From the NCBI GenBank assembly GCA_001949185.1, contig BDGG01000001.1, positions 8,403,067 through 8,467,066 of the forward strand: 64,000 nt of DNA, given 5' to 3'. The notes under the pieces were generated by a model. It was not told the DNA's origin and ran no database searches. It was given only the letters and a program-made list of their open reading frames with translations. Positions 1-13,100 of this stretch are shown piece by piece. The DNA comes from Ramazzottius varieornatus. Lineage: Eukaryota > Animalia > Tardigrada. The position numbers were made by a program, and so were the translations under genes. The stretch's first letter is position 1, and each line of letters opens with the position of its first letter.

Positions 1-326
1 GAGGAAGCTCGAGCTCCAGACAGCACGATTTTCCACTCAGGATGATTCCCAGAGTTTTTCTTATTTTTCTAATTGTTCTGACGAATTTTTCCAAGTTTTT
101 GATAATTCATGAGTCGTAGTTCGGATTTAATCAATCAATTCTGTATTAACCATTCGGAGATGTTGGCGTATTGATTAATACGGAATTGATAACCCTGTTG
201 ATAGTACCACTTGACGGCAGTGTACGATCAACATTCAACAGGGTATAATAATGCACTATGCCGGTACGTACAACAGATGACTAATGGTAGAGACCACTTT
301 CGGTGCCAAGAAGTTTCTCTTTGATC

Positions 327-1000
327 TTCCGTCATAAGCTCAGGCTTGCCATATGTTGCCCCAATTTAAGGGCTTTAGAATGCCTGAACAGTTTTCTACG
401 ATGACTCAAGTGGTCTATGATTCATTCTAAAGCTCCGCTGGAAGTCCAGCCTTCTGGGCGGAGCTCTCGCAACAGGGTATGATGTACGATCGACAAGAGA
501 TGAGGTACGTCATTGTACGATCGACAGGGTATGATGTACGTCATTGTAAGATCGATAGGGTGTAACGTGACTCATGCTACCTGGTAGGTAGATAGGAAGA
601 CTGACCACTACGAGCTGACCACTGGTCTTGCAAGGTCGACCACTAGTGGTTGACCGTTGGTCTTGATAGGTTGAACACTAGGGGTTGGCCATTGGTTTTG
701 CTATGTTGACCACCGATACCAGCCATTGGCATTGGTAAGTTGACCGCCCAACCGCAGCTGGTTTATTGACCTATCCTTGCTGTCTATTGGTCAGCAGGCG
801 TGGCAAGCGGTCCGCATTTCACTTGAATTGATTACTTGACTGAAAGACGCTCTTCATTACGTCAGGTGTGAATGAACCCGCAGTCCCATGCTTTGCTCTT
901 TCCGCAATAGGCTCAGGCTTGCCATAGTTTGTTCGGATTCAAGGGCGATTGAATACTGAACAGCTTTCTACTGCTGACTCAACCGGTCTATGATTCATTC
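327..1000. repeat. Pair of ~90-100 bp diverged direct repeats (about 338-427 and 911-1000) enclosing short tandem repeats
   Basis: gctcaggcttgccata...gtctatgattcattc occurs twice. The interior has acagggtatgatgtacg-like repeats (472-560) and gaccact(g/a)gt-like repeats (600-780). Confidence 0.7.
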
Positions 1001-1159
1001 AATAGCGTCACCGGAAGCCGGAAAGACGTGTGACGCTCTCGCAAAGCGGTGCGCCCGTTAGAATCGCTTCCTGTCAAGTGGCGCACGTTCCTAGGTTTGT
1101 TGGCTAGAAGAGTGCGCCACCAGAAAAAAACAAACTGGTTGTGTTGGCCTGCCGAGCCC

Positions 1160-2360
1160 CAATTACAGTTTCGATTAGGAAATGGTAGATTCATCGAGAA
1201 TAACCACCTAAATGCTCCAGGTTTCCATTCTTCATCAGGAACTCTGATTAGGTTCTGCCGTAGCTTCCTCAGCATTTCAAACTTGAGGATGGCATGCTGC
1301 AGATATTCGATTCGTTCGTCGTTGATGGCCATGGTACTGTACTCGCTCAAGACTGTGGCCTGAACACCACAACGCCGGTCAATCTTCTTGTGGAGAACAT
1401 TGCGGGACACTTTCGGTACTTTCGTCTCCGTCAGGAACCGGCCTGTGACTTCTTGAAGCAACGGCAAGGTTCGACAGTTCCAGTAGAACATCCTGCCCGG
1501 ATCGCTATCAACTGTCCAACAACATTAAAATTACTTTCACTGCACCAATGAAAACCCACAAAACAAAAAATGTGCGAACAAAATTCCGCACAGAAATTCT
1601 ATGAATTGGAACCAAAACAAACTCGAGAGGATAAGTGGCGTACTCTTCCAGTCAATAGACTGTACACGTGCGCCACTTCGGAAGACTTACCAACTCGACA
1701 AAACTATTTTGCCAACTGGCGCATATTCTCAGCCAAAACCATTCAAACAGTGCGCCACTTGGGAAAACAATCTTGTCCAGATTACTCACCAAGCCTCCAT
1801 TATTGCGATGCTCTCAAAGTACAATTTGTGAAATATGAAAACAGACCTTTCCACAGTCGTGGAACTAATGGTGTATCATAGCGTTTATCAAGCAAGTCCT
1901 TGATCATATCCATGGCTCTCATATACCAGGGAGCTTCGGCAAAGTGCTCGATATCAAGATGTGTGCGTTTGAAGAAACGATACATCCGGACAGCCATGGC
2001 GCCATCTTTCTGCACCAGCCAGTTTACGAAATTGTTGGTCTGACCCATCCGCTGAGCGAAACTCTGCACTTGACCCGCCTTGTTCATGGCAAAGTACCGC
2101 TTTCCTTTGAAGGAATACCTGTCCGCGATATTGTGAGCATACCGATTAAGTTTGACGGCTATCGGCCCTGGACCTTTCCATATCGGTCCCACTGTACGAA
2201 GATCATCGAAAGCCTTCTGGCTTCTCTCTTGCATGGTCTACCTTGCTACAGCACCATAGTATTTATAAGATACTCAGACTGGACTTCGGCATGGGCCATC
2301 CCGGAAAGTGTTTTCGTTGAATCCCTACCAGTCCATACCTTCGACCCGCCAAGTAATCAT
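1160..2360 (-). CDS. Uncharacterised multi-exon protein-coding gene (ends uncertain)
   Basis: Long protein-like minus-strand ORFs (1800-2234, 988-1491) are separated by an AT-rich intron-like segment (about 1515-1845) that carries the palindromic element. No recognisable domain. Confidence 0.45.
1620..1780. repeat. Fixed-spacer palindromic element, 2 tandem units (intronic)
   Basis: Arms 1633-1678 (24-nt spacer) and 1714-1760 (25-nt spacer), with an ACTCGACAA linker. Confidence 0.9.
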
Positions 2361-2987
2361 GCTAATTGTTTCTATGGCTCAGAGACAAGATTCGCGAGAA
2401 CGTAGTTCGGACGTCTTCAAATGATTTGAAACATGATCGTCATCCCAAGTGGCGCACGTTCCAGTGTACGTCACTTGGAAAAGCGATCATATTCAAGTTA
2501 CATCTGCCGACGTCCAAATCGAAGTTTCTGCATATTTGAAATTCGGGCGTGGTTCGCTGAGAAAGTCAACGTCCACTGTGTAATCCTTACTAGGAATCCA
2601 CCACGGTCAGCGTGGCATGTCAAAGAAAGTCTTGCTTACACGACTCAGATTTGAGAGGGACAATTACAAAGCCTTCGAGGCAGCCTGAAATGCGATAAAG
2701 TGCGATGCTGATCTCCATAGCGAAGCGGAAGTCGATCAAAAGCACCACCGAGACGCTTGGCAGAAGTTCTAAAGTGTACAAATGCAGTGTCCAAATAGCG
2801 ACACAACTAATCTGCTGACCATCAAGAAAAACAGCCATGGCGCGCAAAGGAACACCGTAGCTCGACCATCTGACCATCTGCATTGCTTCGCTCAGGGAGG
2901 AAGTTCAAGGTCGGCCAAGCCCTCAATTGAACGTATTCTGGCATTTAAGTTAGCTTCAGTTTCGCCAGATGCAGACGCTTGTTACCC

Positions 2988-2995
2988 TATAAATA
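2988..2995 (+). promoter_or_regulatory. TATA box
   Basis: TATAAATA about 25 nt upstream of the ATG at 3020. Confidence 0.5.
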
Positions 2996-3019
2996 TTTAT
3001 CGATCATAGAGAGGCAAAA

Positions 3020-3496
3020 ATGGGTTGCAAATATGTTTTCACGTGCTGTATAATACTGTGCCTTGCCGGCGTTAGTCACTGCGCTCCCACCCAGACGGCG
3101 AACCCATGGCAGAGAGCTTTCTCATCATCCAAATTTGCGCCAGTCAAGACGACCAGTTCTAGCGAGGACTCTTCCGCCGCTTCTAGCGAAGAAGAGTACC
3201 ATGAAGCGGCTGCACCGACCGACTGGAGCCGTGGTACCACAACGCGCCCATCAGTCGGCGAGCCAGCTGTCACTCCGCCTGTTATGACAAACCGCGCCAG
3301 GAATGCGACGCCATTAGCGCCCTCTGACCAACTTGGCGTCAATCAACAAAGCCTCGACGAGGAACGCTACATGGCTGCAATGGACCTCATCGCCATGAAG
3401 ACCGCCGAAAGACTGAGGATCATGTTCCAGCAGGATCCGCTGATAGCCAACGATGTCCGATACGGCAACTTGGACAACGTCAAAGAAGACGTTTGA
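3020..3496 (+). CDS. Orphan secreted protein, 158 aa, Ser/Thr/Glu-rich
   Basis: Single ORF with AAAAATGG start context, hydrophobic signal peptide MGCKYVFTCCIILCLAGVSHC and an upstream TATA box. Confidence 0.7.
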   Translation: MGCKYVFTCCIILCLAGVSHCAPTQTANPWQRAFSSSKFAPVKTTSSSEDSSAASSEEEYHEAAAPTDWSRGTTTRPSVGEPAVTPPVMTNRARNATPLAPSDQLGVNQQSLDEERYMAAMDLIAMKTAERLRIMFQQDPLIANDVRYGNLDNVKEDV

Positions 3497-3540
3497 AGCG
3501 AAATGAATTGTAACAAAGGCGAACATATTTAGAAAGATCG

Positions 3541-3695
3541 TTTGCCAAGTGGCGCACGATCTCAGGCTACAACAATGGAAGCGTGCGCAATTTAGGAAAG
3601 CAAACTCGACAAGATCGCTTTTTCCAGTGGCGCATGTTTTCAGTGAAACTGGCTGATAGCGTGCGTCACTTGTAAAGACAATCTTGTCGAGTTTG
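3541..3695. repeat. Fixed-spacer palindromic element, 2 tandem units (3' flank)
   Basis: Arms 3547-3593 and 3625-3671, both with 25-nt spacers. Linker AAACTCGACAAGAT, trailing ATCTTGTCGAGTTT. Confidence 0.9.
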
Positions 3696-4246
3696 TTTTC
3701 CGACCTCCCATTCTATCTTCTGAAAACTATCTTTCTCTCATTACATCGCGGTCGCGCACTGAATGATCGTGAACGTGTGAAAGACTTTACATAGCCGACG
3801 CGATGCAAGAAAATAATTTTGGGCGCTAATTGACGAATGCTGAACGCATTAAACGATTATCATTCTTGGCATATGTTTCTCATCACCAGACGAAAAGTAC
3901 TAAGCCCACAGCTTAGCGCCGCGATCTGTTCGCGGCGAGAAACCATCGAAGAGAGCCGCACAACAGTAACATCACATCGCCCCAAGTGAACCACCCCTCA
4001 TCCTTAGGGATAAGTTAGCTCGTACTTGTTTAGCACAAATCTCGAGCGATTTATGATGTGTACGATCAAAGACGGCATTTCGGCTTCTTCTGTTTCGCTG
4101 AGGACCTCTTGAAGTTCTTCCCACTGCACTCAAAGAAATCCACACGCTAAAACCTTTCATCGTCACACTGGACTAGAATAGTGTGGCTGTTGCAGAACCC
4201 GGAAGTCAAAATTTACGCGGACCATTGCAAGTCGGGTGGTCGGAAA

Positions 4247-7200
4247 ATGTGCACCTATTCCTGGAAAGTCTTTTTGACGATCGAGATGTGGGTCAGTGCC
4301 AGCCTCCTCCAGCTGATATTAGGCAGTCCAGACGCCAACCGGTTATATGGAGACCTCATGCGCGACTACAACAAATTAATTCGCCCAGTCGTCCGCAACA
4401 CCGACATCCTCACCGTGTTCTTTGGAATTAAATTCATCCAGCTTATCAATGTGGTACTCGGACAACACATTTCCCTTCTTGAACTTTTCAAACTCCGAAT
4501 TTTGTTTCTTCTCATCATGAAATTACTCAAAAGTTATTCCACACGAGTTTCGAGCAACGCCGGCAGACAGGCGTCCGACTCTGATCAAGTCAATATTGTC
4601 GTTTCAGGACGAGGTCAACCAAGTTATCACAACAAACGTGATCGTTCGCCAGGTTCGTCCATCCCGACCCACAGTAAACCTTCACAGGAAAATTTCTTAC
4701 GATAATTTTCCCAGGCCCTTTATCTTTACAGTCCTGGGTTGACTACAAGCTAGCTTGGCATCCAGACAACTATGGGGGAATCGAGCAAATGGACGTCCTT
4801 TCAAACAGCATCTGGACACCCGACATCGTACTCTACAACAAGTAGGTGAGTCTCACGGAACAGCTTACTGAAATTTTATGGAAATTTATCATAGTAATAC
4901 AACCCCAAAATTCACCCAAACTTCCGGTTTGTCCAAAAACAGTGCTGACGGAAATTACCACGTGGCTCGGGTTACGAAAGCCACAGTGAGGTTTACCGGT
5001 GAAGTTTCGTGGGACCCTCCTGCGATATGGAAGAGCTACTGCTTGGTAAGTTGGGATCAAGTAGGCAAATAAACCCAACAAGACGGGTTTCAAAAGTGGC
5101 GCACCATTTCGGCGTTAGTGGCTGGAAGCGTGCGCCACTTGGAAGAATGATCTTGTCCAGTTTGTTTGCCGAGCTTTCAGACGATCTTGATTCAATTAGA
5201 AATCAATTCAAAAAAAGCTTTGTACAGCTTCCTGGTGATAACTGAGCTTGGATGGGTTATCTCATGTTACATGCAAGATCGTTGGACTTGTCGTGATTCT
5301 TTGTTTACTTCCAGATCGATGTCCAGTATTTTCCCTATGTAAGTAAACCCAGAAAGTCTCGTTAATCCTAACTGCTGCCTTCGCTGAAATTTGCAAAGTA
5401 AACCTCTGCAGGACAAACAATCATGTGAAATGAAGGTAAATAAACTACACGTCTGCGTACGAGAACCCCTTCGTAGAAAACTCGTTCGTCTTGTCGAAAA
5501 CTTTCCAGTTTGGTTCCTGGACCTACGACGGACTTTTGATAAACCTCGTACCCAATCGTGGTTACGTCAAAGATAATGAAAAGATTGCTGTTGCGATGGA
5601 CCTGTCAGAGTGAGTTTCTCACTTCACATTCCAGAGTTCAACCGCTCGAACCGAAAGAGCACAATTTTTAGGTACAAGAAAAGTATCGAATGGGACATCC
5701 TTGAAGTAAGTCATACCCTGATAGAGGAGCTCCGCACGAAGTCGATAAAAATGCTTTCTGGAGTGGTGCACGTTTACAACGTTCTTAGCTGACAGAGTGC
5801 GCACTTCAAAAAGCAATCTCGTCGAGTTCGTTTGCCAAGCTTCCATCTCATAGCGGTCACTGACAAAAGGGCATTTACAACGGGTACAAAAAATTCCCCA
5901 TCTAGGCTTCTGCTCAACGTCACACGATCTTGTATGCTTGTTGTCCCGAACCATATTTGGACCTCACCTATACTTTGGTCATCAGGAGAAAGGCACTGTT
6001 CTATACCGGTTCGCAATGCATGAATGAGTGGTGTTGTCTGCTCTGCACCATCGAAAGTAAACCGACGTTGTCCTACAGTGAATCTCATCAGTCCATGCGT
6101 GGTCATCAGCTTTCTGACGGTCTTCGTCTTCTACCTGCCGTGCGACAGCGGCGAGAAGGTGACACTCTGTATTTCCATCCTGCTGTCCCTTACAGTGTTC
6201 TTCCTCCTGCTAGCCGAGGTAGGAGTTGGCGATCTTTTCTTTCAAAATTCAGACGGCAAAAAAACCGAAGACCTGTTCCATCTACAGATCATACCGCCAA
6301 CCTCTTTGACGGTAAGTCCCATACTTCTTGCGTACGGGAAGATCTCCGAAGTATCCGACTCCCTTCTTTCGCAGATTCCCCTCATCGGCAAGTACCTTCT
6401 CTTCACGATGATCCTGGTCGCTGCCAGTGTAGTCTTCACTGTCCTCATAATAAACGTACACGTAAGTGAGCCTTGAAGGAACCTTATCCTGGTACAAAGC
6501 TCCTGCAATCGACCCTTGGCAGACAGAATTTTCAGGTGGCGCACGCTTGCAGTCGACGTACTGAAGACGTGCGCCACTTCGATAACAGGGTGACTTCCTT
6601 GCCGAGCTCCCCAATAACTCTGTCTTTTTCCCATCAGTTTCGGAACCCAAGGACTCACATAATGCAGCCATGGATCCGTTCCGTCTTCTTGGGTATCCTA
6701 CCTAAGCTACTTCTGATGCAACGACCATGGCCGGACCGAGAGCCTCACCTCCGCCCTGTCAATAGCTTTTCGAACCCCATAACCGTTTCAGACGACACAT
6801 CGGACGAAAGAAGGCCCTTTAGCGAAAACAGAACACCTCCTCCACATTTACGCGCGCGTGTGAACCAACGTCAGGTGTTTACCATCAGTCAGGCACTCCG
6901 ACGGCCCAACTCGAGCGTTCAGAAAGCCACAGATGGAATCAATTACATCGTCACGGAGATCAAGAACTCAAAACGGGACAAGGAAGTACGGGAACCCCAA
7001 CGCAGTACAATTCGACAAGGTCGAAGTTCCAAGTGGCGCACGTTATTGGCTAATAGCACTGAAAGCGTGCGCCACTTGGGAAGATAATCCGACTCGGCAA
7101 GATCATTTTTACAAGTGACGCATGCTTCCGGTGAACAACACTCAGCAAGACAACCTTGCCAAGTTTTTCTGTCAAGCTTCTGTCTGACTCATTTCACTCA

Positions 7201-7432
7201 CCGGAAGTCTTCGTTGTAGGTAGCGCTGCAGTGGAAGTACATGGCCATGGTCCTTGATCGCTTCTTTCTTTACATCTTCACCATAGTCTCGGTGGCTGGT
7301 TTCTTCCTGATCATTCTCGATGCTCCATCCTTGTACGAGAAAGACGTGTCGATTCCTCAGGTCTGCGATGCACCTGTCCATCCTGAAAGCGACAAAGCAT
7401 GGTTATGTCTGTTCGACAATGACGACCTATAA
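4247..7432 (+). CDS. Nicotinic acetylcholine receptor alpha subunit (about 14 exons)
   Basis: Exons about 4247-4453, 4608-4652, 4732-4841, 4943-5045, 5315-5338, 5412-5435, 5509-5609, 5672-5705, 5906-6008, 6079-6218, 6288-6311, 6375-6461, 6638-6986, 7220-7432, with GT-AG introns. Motifs: [17 protein letters not shown], Cys-loop [15 protein letters not shown], loop B FGSWTYD, loop C YACCPEPY (vicinal Cys marks an alpha subunit), GEK before M2 (cation-selective), [10 protein letters not shown] before M4. Confidence 0.95.
5070..5170. repeat. Fixed-spacer palindromic element (nAChR intron)
   Basis: AAGTGGCGCAC 5094-5104, N25, GTGCGCCACTT 5130-5140. Confidence 0.9.
7005..7165. repeat. Fixed-spacer palindromic element (nAChR last intron)
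   Basis: AAGTGGCGCAC 7031-7041, N25, GTGCGCCACTT 7067-7077, followed by a partial second unit. Confidence 0.9.
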
Positions 7433-7687
7433 TGCACATTCCGCATGATACCTACTGCCCATTCGTTCTATAAGAATCTTCGCTGTGAGACCGGCTTGTA
7501 ACTGCTTTGAGGTAATTATATTTCAACCGTGAACTAACCAACAACAACGCGAATTTATCTGCGAGTTTTTCAAATACGACACTAGGAAACAAAAAAAATT
7601 CGGAGTTGCACCCTCAAGTACTTCCAGTCATTTCGAAAGTCGACCTGACTAGTTTGAGATATAAATAAAACGGAATTTGGAACTTCG

Positions 7688-9520
7688 CTATGCAGCAGCA
7701 CGACGACATAAAGTGGCATCGATTTGCTCAAGTTGCGGCAAGGCCATCATGATCTTCAAGCGGTACATGGGGTCAGTCTGGAGAGGGTTGGCTTCAAAGT
7801 AGACCGTCTTCAGCTTCTTCAGACCAGCCAACTGGTTGATTTCCTCCCACCTCTCCACTTTGTTATTGTTGAACTACAGGCGCAAACAATAATGCATATG
7901 CTTAGCCAAAAACCTTGAAGCCAATGCTTACCCAGAATTCTTCGAGCTCGTGCAGGTGAGAAATGTTCTCCAGCAGAGAAATCCTGTTGGACGCCAAATC
8001 CAGGGTTTTCAGCTTTTCCTGGAATGAAACCCACATTTTTGTCCGTTAGTTCAATCCGAAATCAAACTCACAAAATGTGGAAAGAGAATTTTGTACTCAC
8101 ATTGTAGTCCAGGTTTTCGATCTTGGTCAAACCGTTGTCGCTAATGTACAGCTCGTCGAGCTCTCGAAGGTTCTCCAGACCGGAAATCTTTGTGACCCTG
8201 TTACTCTGAATACCATCAATCATCAGAACGTTAGACACACATAAACTGAACTTCACTCCATGGTACGGGACCATCGGAAAACAAACTCGTCAAGAATATT
8301 TTTTTCTAAGTGACGCACGCTCTCAGCCAGTTTCACTGATAAGGTGTGCCGCCTGCGGAAAACCATCCTGTCGACTTCTCCAAGTGACGCACGTCTTCAG
8401 GCAACAGTACTGGGAGCATGCGCCTTTTGGGAGAAACAGTTTTGTCTGCTGAGCTCCAGTATTAGGAACAGCAGCATTCAAAAATTTACCTGAAGGCTGA
8501 GAACTTTCAGTTGCACTAACGACTCAAGATTTTCTATCTTGGTTATCTTGTTCTTTCCTAGGTACAGCGACGTCAGCGTCGAAAGACTGTCCAAATTCTC
8601 AATCGTCTAGAAAAATAACAAGACAAACATGCTAAACACACTTGGCTGAGAACATGATCTATCCGGACCGGCGAGCACGTACCCGTATGCGATTACAACC
8701 GAGCTCCAGTAGTTCCAAGTTGGCCAAATGCCCGACATTCTCGATCTTTTCTATCTTATTGCTCTCTAGGAAGAGCTTCTTCAGGTTGACAAGATTGTCC
8801 AAGTTCTCCAACCTTCCAATTCGGTTGAAAGACAGATCGAGAATTCTGAAAGTGAAGAGCCATATTAGCATGTCGAACTCGACCGGAAGTGCCTTCTTTG
8901 TACTCTATCATTCCACCACTAATTACCATACGTACTCAAGATTCACGAGCGTCTCCAAGCCTTCAATTTGTGTGATCTGGTTGTCGTGAAAGTCGATATC
9001 CCTGAGACTGGTAAGGGATGACAAATTCTGAATTTTGACCAGGAGGTTTTGACGGTAACCGAGAACCTAAGCAACACATTGAATACAGTACAGCGCTGAT
9101 CAGGGATCGTCACATGTTAAAAAGTTCAATATAACTATTTGTACCTCGAGCTTGGGATATCTGCTTAGTCTTTCGGGAATTTCTGACACTCGTCCATGGG
9201 TAAAATCTGCTTCCTGCAAAACGCATGGAACTTATATGAACGAAACTTCAGAAAAGCGCACAACGGATGATTTACCGTGGAATCTTCAGTCAGCTCAACT
9301 TCTTGGATCTCATCGTCCCACTGACGACCGCGCCGTTTGTTGACCGATCCAGCTGGCTGTGCTGCTAATACGTTATCACCTGAAACGATGGACGCTGACA
9401 AATGATATCCTGCTTTAACGAACAGGTCAGTGTAACTGTGTAAGAACTAATACTTCCGGTCGAACTAATAGAGTACAAGCACAACGAATACATACCGTTT
9501 GTTCCGTCTCCCGATGCCAT
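7688..9520 (-). CDS. PPP1R7: Protein phosphatase 1 regulatory subunit 7 (Sds22, LRR protein)
   Basis: Spliced SDS22-type LRRs (ILDLSFNRIGRLENLDNLVNLKKLFLESNKIEKIENV; LDELYISDNGLTKIENL) and LRR cap DPMYRLKIMMALPQLEQIDATLC. Probable start MASGDGTN at 9520. Confidence 0.9.
8275..8445. repeat. Fixed-spacer palindromic element, 2 units (PPP1R7 intron)
   Basis: AAGTGACGCAC at 8308 and 8382, with degenerate right arms about 25 nt downstream. Confidence 0.85.
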
Positions 9521-10101
9521 GCTTGTCCTTGTTGTTCAGTAGTTTCCAGAAGTGAAAGCAGATGATCTCCGGTTGTCGAATTCAAGGGAAAGCTGTCGAC
9601 ATGAAGGTTCGGGAAAAGAGAAAAGATGGAGATCGCCAAATCGGAAACACGAACAAAACCTTTTACCAGCTGTTGACGAATCCCCCGCTGCTGGGCTGCA
9701 CCCTTCAGAGGCAGGTCCGAGATCCGTCGGAGAAGTGACCCAGGCAGGTTTATCGCAATCTCGATCATGCGATGCGCTTGCGCAACGTCATGTTTTAGGA
9801 AATTCGTGTATTACATCTTTTTTCCCCGGAGGAGTCGAGAACCAGCAAGGAGTCCAGACTATCCGAGTGTGGCAGAGGAAGATACGCGATCAATGCTGTC
9901 AGGAGCTTGAGGATAATCGTGGAGTGCGACAAACAGGGGATCGGCGCTTCTGTTCACTAGCGTTCAGCGACCGGAAGTGACTGCGCCAGCCGGTGAAGAC
10001 TGAAGAGTGGACGACTACTGTGTACTTGTAAGATATACAGCCATATTTAGGCAGCCCAGAACGGGCTATAATCTTCGTGCTACTCTGTGTCCTTTGGGAT
10101 C
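9521..10101. promoter_or_regulatory. Bidirectional promoter region between PPP1R7 and UTP20
   Basis: Divergent starts about 580 bp apart. ETS-like CCGGAAGTG at 9971-9979. Confidence 0.5.
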
Positions 10102-13100
10102 ATGAAGCAAAAACGGGGAAAACCGTTGAGGCACAAGGAAGGAAACACTTTCGCGGTAAGGAATTTCTCGTGTAATTATTTTGGTTCGTGTCTGATCGCG
10201 AATACGCTTTGTCCACGTAGTTTTCACTTTGTAGTTCAAGTCGTTCAACGCCCGAATCGGGGACGTCACGGTGGATATGAGACAACAACTGCAACTGGGA
10301 TCGGGGTGGAAACCTTCGGGAGATGAATGCTTCCTTTCGGAAGCTTCGGCCAAGTGGAGCGACTTGAATAGAACCCGTCATTTCGGTATGTTACCTGATT
10401 ACCCCACTATTCCTCGCTGACTGAATGTTCTTTTCTTATGCAGGGGACTTCCAAAGAGAGGTTCGACCGAAAGTGCAAAGCCATGCGTTGGTTGTTCACA
10501 ATATAGATAATATCGCCGAGGCTCTTCAGAGACATTTGAAAGTGGAGAACTCCCTCGCACTGCAACCTTTACTCGAGTGAGTCCGTTTTCGTTTCCTCTC
10601 CACTGTCATATTTCTGAGTGTCTCTGGTTGTTTTTGTTTCAGCTATGTGGTAAATTTCGCGAGAGACATTCAAGATGATTTCTACCCGTACTTCGAGCCA
10701 TTCTTCCGAATATTCCTCGACTTGCTGTCCAGGCAAGACGCCGAAGTCATAGAATGGGTCTTCTCGACCCTGGCGCAGCTCTTTCGTATCCTGAAAAGAC
10801 CGATGGTCAGACACTTCGAAGCTGTATTCAGGTCAGTGAATGCCATTTCTAGTCCGCGTGTCTTCCATATTCGTTGAACTGAACCGCGAGAAACAAACTC
10901 GACAAGAATGCTTAGCAAGTGGCGCACGCTTCTTGCTCATAACACCGAAAGCGTGCGCCACTTGGGAAAGCGATCGTGTTGAATCTGCTTGCTGAGCTCC
11001 GAAATGAGAAACTGTTCTTACGGAATTAGTTTGATGGCGGAGTTGCTGGACGAGGACGCCAAGCCATACATCAGTCGCTTCGCCACTGAAAGTTTCGCCT
11101 TCTTCATCCGGTCCTTCAAAGACCCCAGTGGCGTCATCGACTTCCTCTTGCTGCATTGCAAGAAACACCCAAACTTGGCGGCGGGGATTGGGGAACTCAT
11201 GTTCGAGGCCGTCAAGAATATCAATCACACTCTCCATTCCTTCTTTGACAAAGTGCGGGAACATTCAACTGCGAATAATTCGGAGGATCGCACTAAACGT
11301 GCTTTTCTTTACAGTTCTATGCCGTGTTGCTGAATCGTATTCGAAGTGAAACGCTCAGCGAGATTTCCATCCGGTCCTGCATTTCAACCATGACGGATCA
11401 TCTTGGAAAATACCTGTTGAAGGAAACGAGTCTGCCGTTCTGGACAGCTCTTCTTGTGCGTGACCATCAAACAGATGACATTCAGCTAGCTCCGTTTTTT
11501 TCTAATGGTTATTGAGTGGTTATTTCAGAACGCGATGAGTAGGCGCGATCAGCCTTTCTCTCCATACTACTTGCTCATTCTTTCCGGAATGATGGACGCC
11601 AGACATGGTGGACTCGTTCACGAACCTGACCTCGTGGTGGATACGCTGACAGACTCCCTTTCTGGACTTGATACTGATGACGAGGAGATATCGGAAGCGG
11701 CGGTGAAGAGCGCGGCGTTACTGATGCAATTCGTCCACCTCAACGTTGACCTGCAACATAGACGAAGGCTAGCCCGGACGGTACGAACAGATTCTTATCA
11801 AAAATGGAAGAAAAACTACAAATTCGAGAAAATCGAATAAACTAAATATTTTTTAGGGATTGCGAGCGAAAGCGCACTAGCACAATTCGGATACGCACAG
11901 GAACATCGTGACGTCATATGTAGACACAGGGTGACTGTTTTAACACAGCGCCTACGAGACGAACTTGCTNNNNNNNNNNNNNNNNNNNNNNNNNNNNNNN
12001 NNNNNNNNNNNNNNNNNNNAGCGCCTACGAGACGAACTTGCTCCTATGATGTCACGATGTTCCCGTGCGTATCGAATTGTGCTAGTGCGCTTTCGCTCGC
12101 AATCTCTATATTGTCCTAATGAAGTTGGGAGACCGGCAAATAAACTCGATAAGAACATTCCTCCAAGCGGCGCACGTCTTCAGCCAATAACATCACGAAT
12201 GTGCGCCACTTTGAAAGATAATCAAACTCGATCAGATTGTTTTCCGAAATGGCGCACCCTTTCGGCTGATAACCCTTCAAAGGTGCGTCACTTGCAAAAG
12301 GCAATGCCGTCTTGTTGGTTTGCCGGTCTCTCAGACTGATTTGCTAGTTGGAGAAACGAAAACGTGGGAAGGAATAGAGTAATTTAACTTTTTTAGGTTT
12401 TGACGAGCAAATCTACTGCATCCTCAAAACTACACTTCGTGGAGGAAGTTTTGGACATTCCGATGTTCGAAGTGGAGGTGCTTCCTCACCTGTTGGATTT
12501 CTGCCTGCAGTTCTACCAGACGAACATCGAGGCGGTGATGAAGTGCTTGACCTCGCTGGTTCTTCGCAAAGACCCGGCACAATTTCGTCCGAGCGAGATC
12601 CGAAAGTGGATACCGCTGATGCTGGACTTCAGTCTCAGCAACCCAGACGTCCCCTCCACTGTCATCGACGCTTTCTTAGTGGCAATGCTGGATAGTGTTG
12701 AACGAGAGGATGGCTGTGGTTCGTCCAAATGGAGTAGATTGTGGTCTTTACTAGTCATTCTACCTCATATCAGTCCGAGAGTGTCCGAGCCAATTGTGCA
12801 GAGAGTCTTTGAAGTTTCGGCTTCGGCAAAGCGAGAGCTAAGTTCTGCGTCGAGTGGTGACGAGAGCGACCCCTGTCAAGTTCTCTACGTGTCGGCTGCT
12901 GCTTCTTACGTTCTCACCCCCTTGTATGACACTTTTCCCGCAACTGTCAGTCTGGACGAACTTATTCCTTTACTCGGGTAAGGAAAATTACGAGAAAATA
13001 CAATACTTAGAATAGTCAAAAAACATCCAAATTGACATAAACCAAAAACTGGATTTTCGAGAGTGGAATTCTTTTTTATCGTCGGAATTAGTTGGCCGGT

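Noticed and set aside
7031-7077. Arm resembles the 3' half of the CTCF motif or an E2F site (TGGCGC)
   Set aside because: The match is only partial; the upstream CTCF core is missing and neither factor explains the fixed inverted 25-nt spacing.
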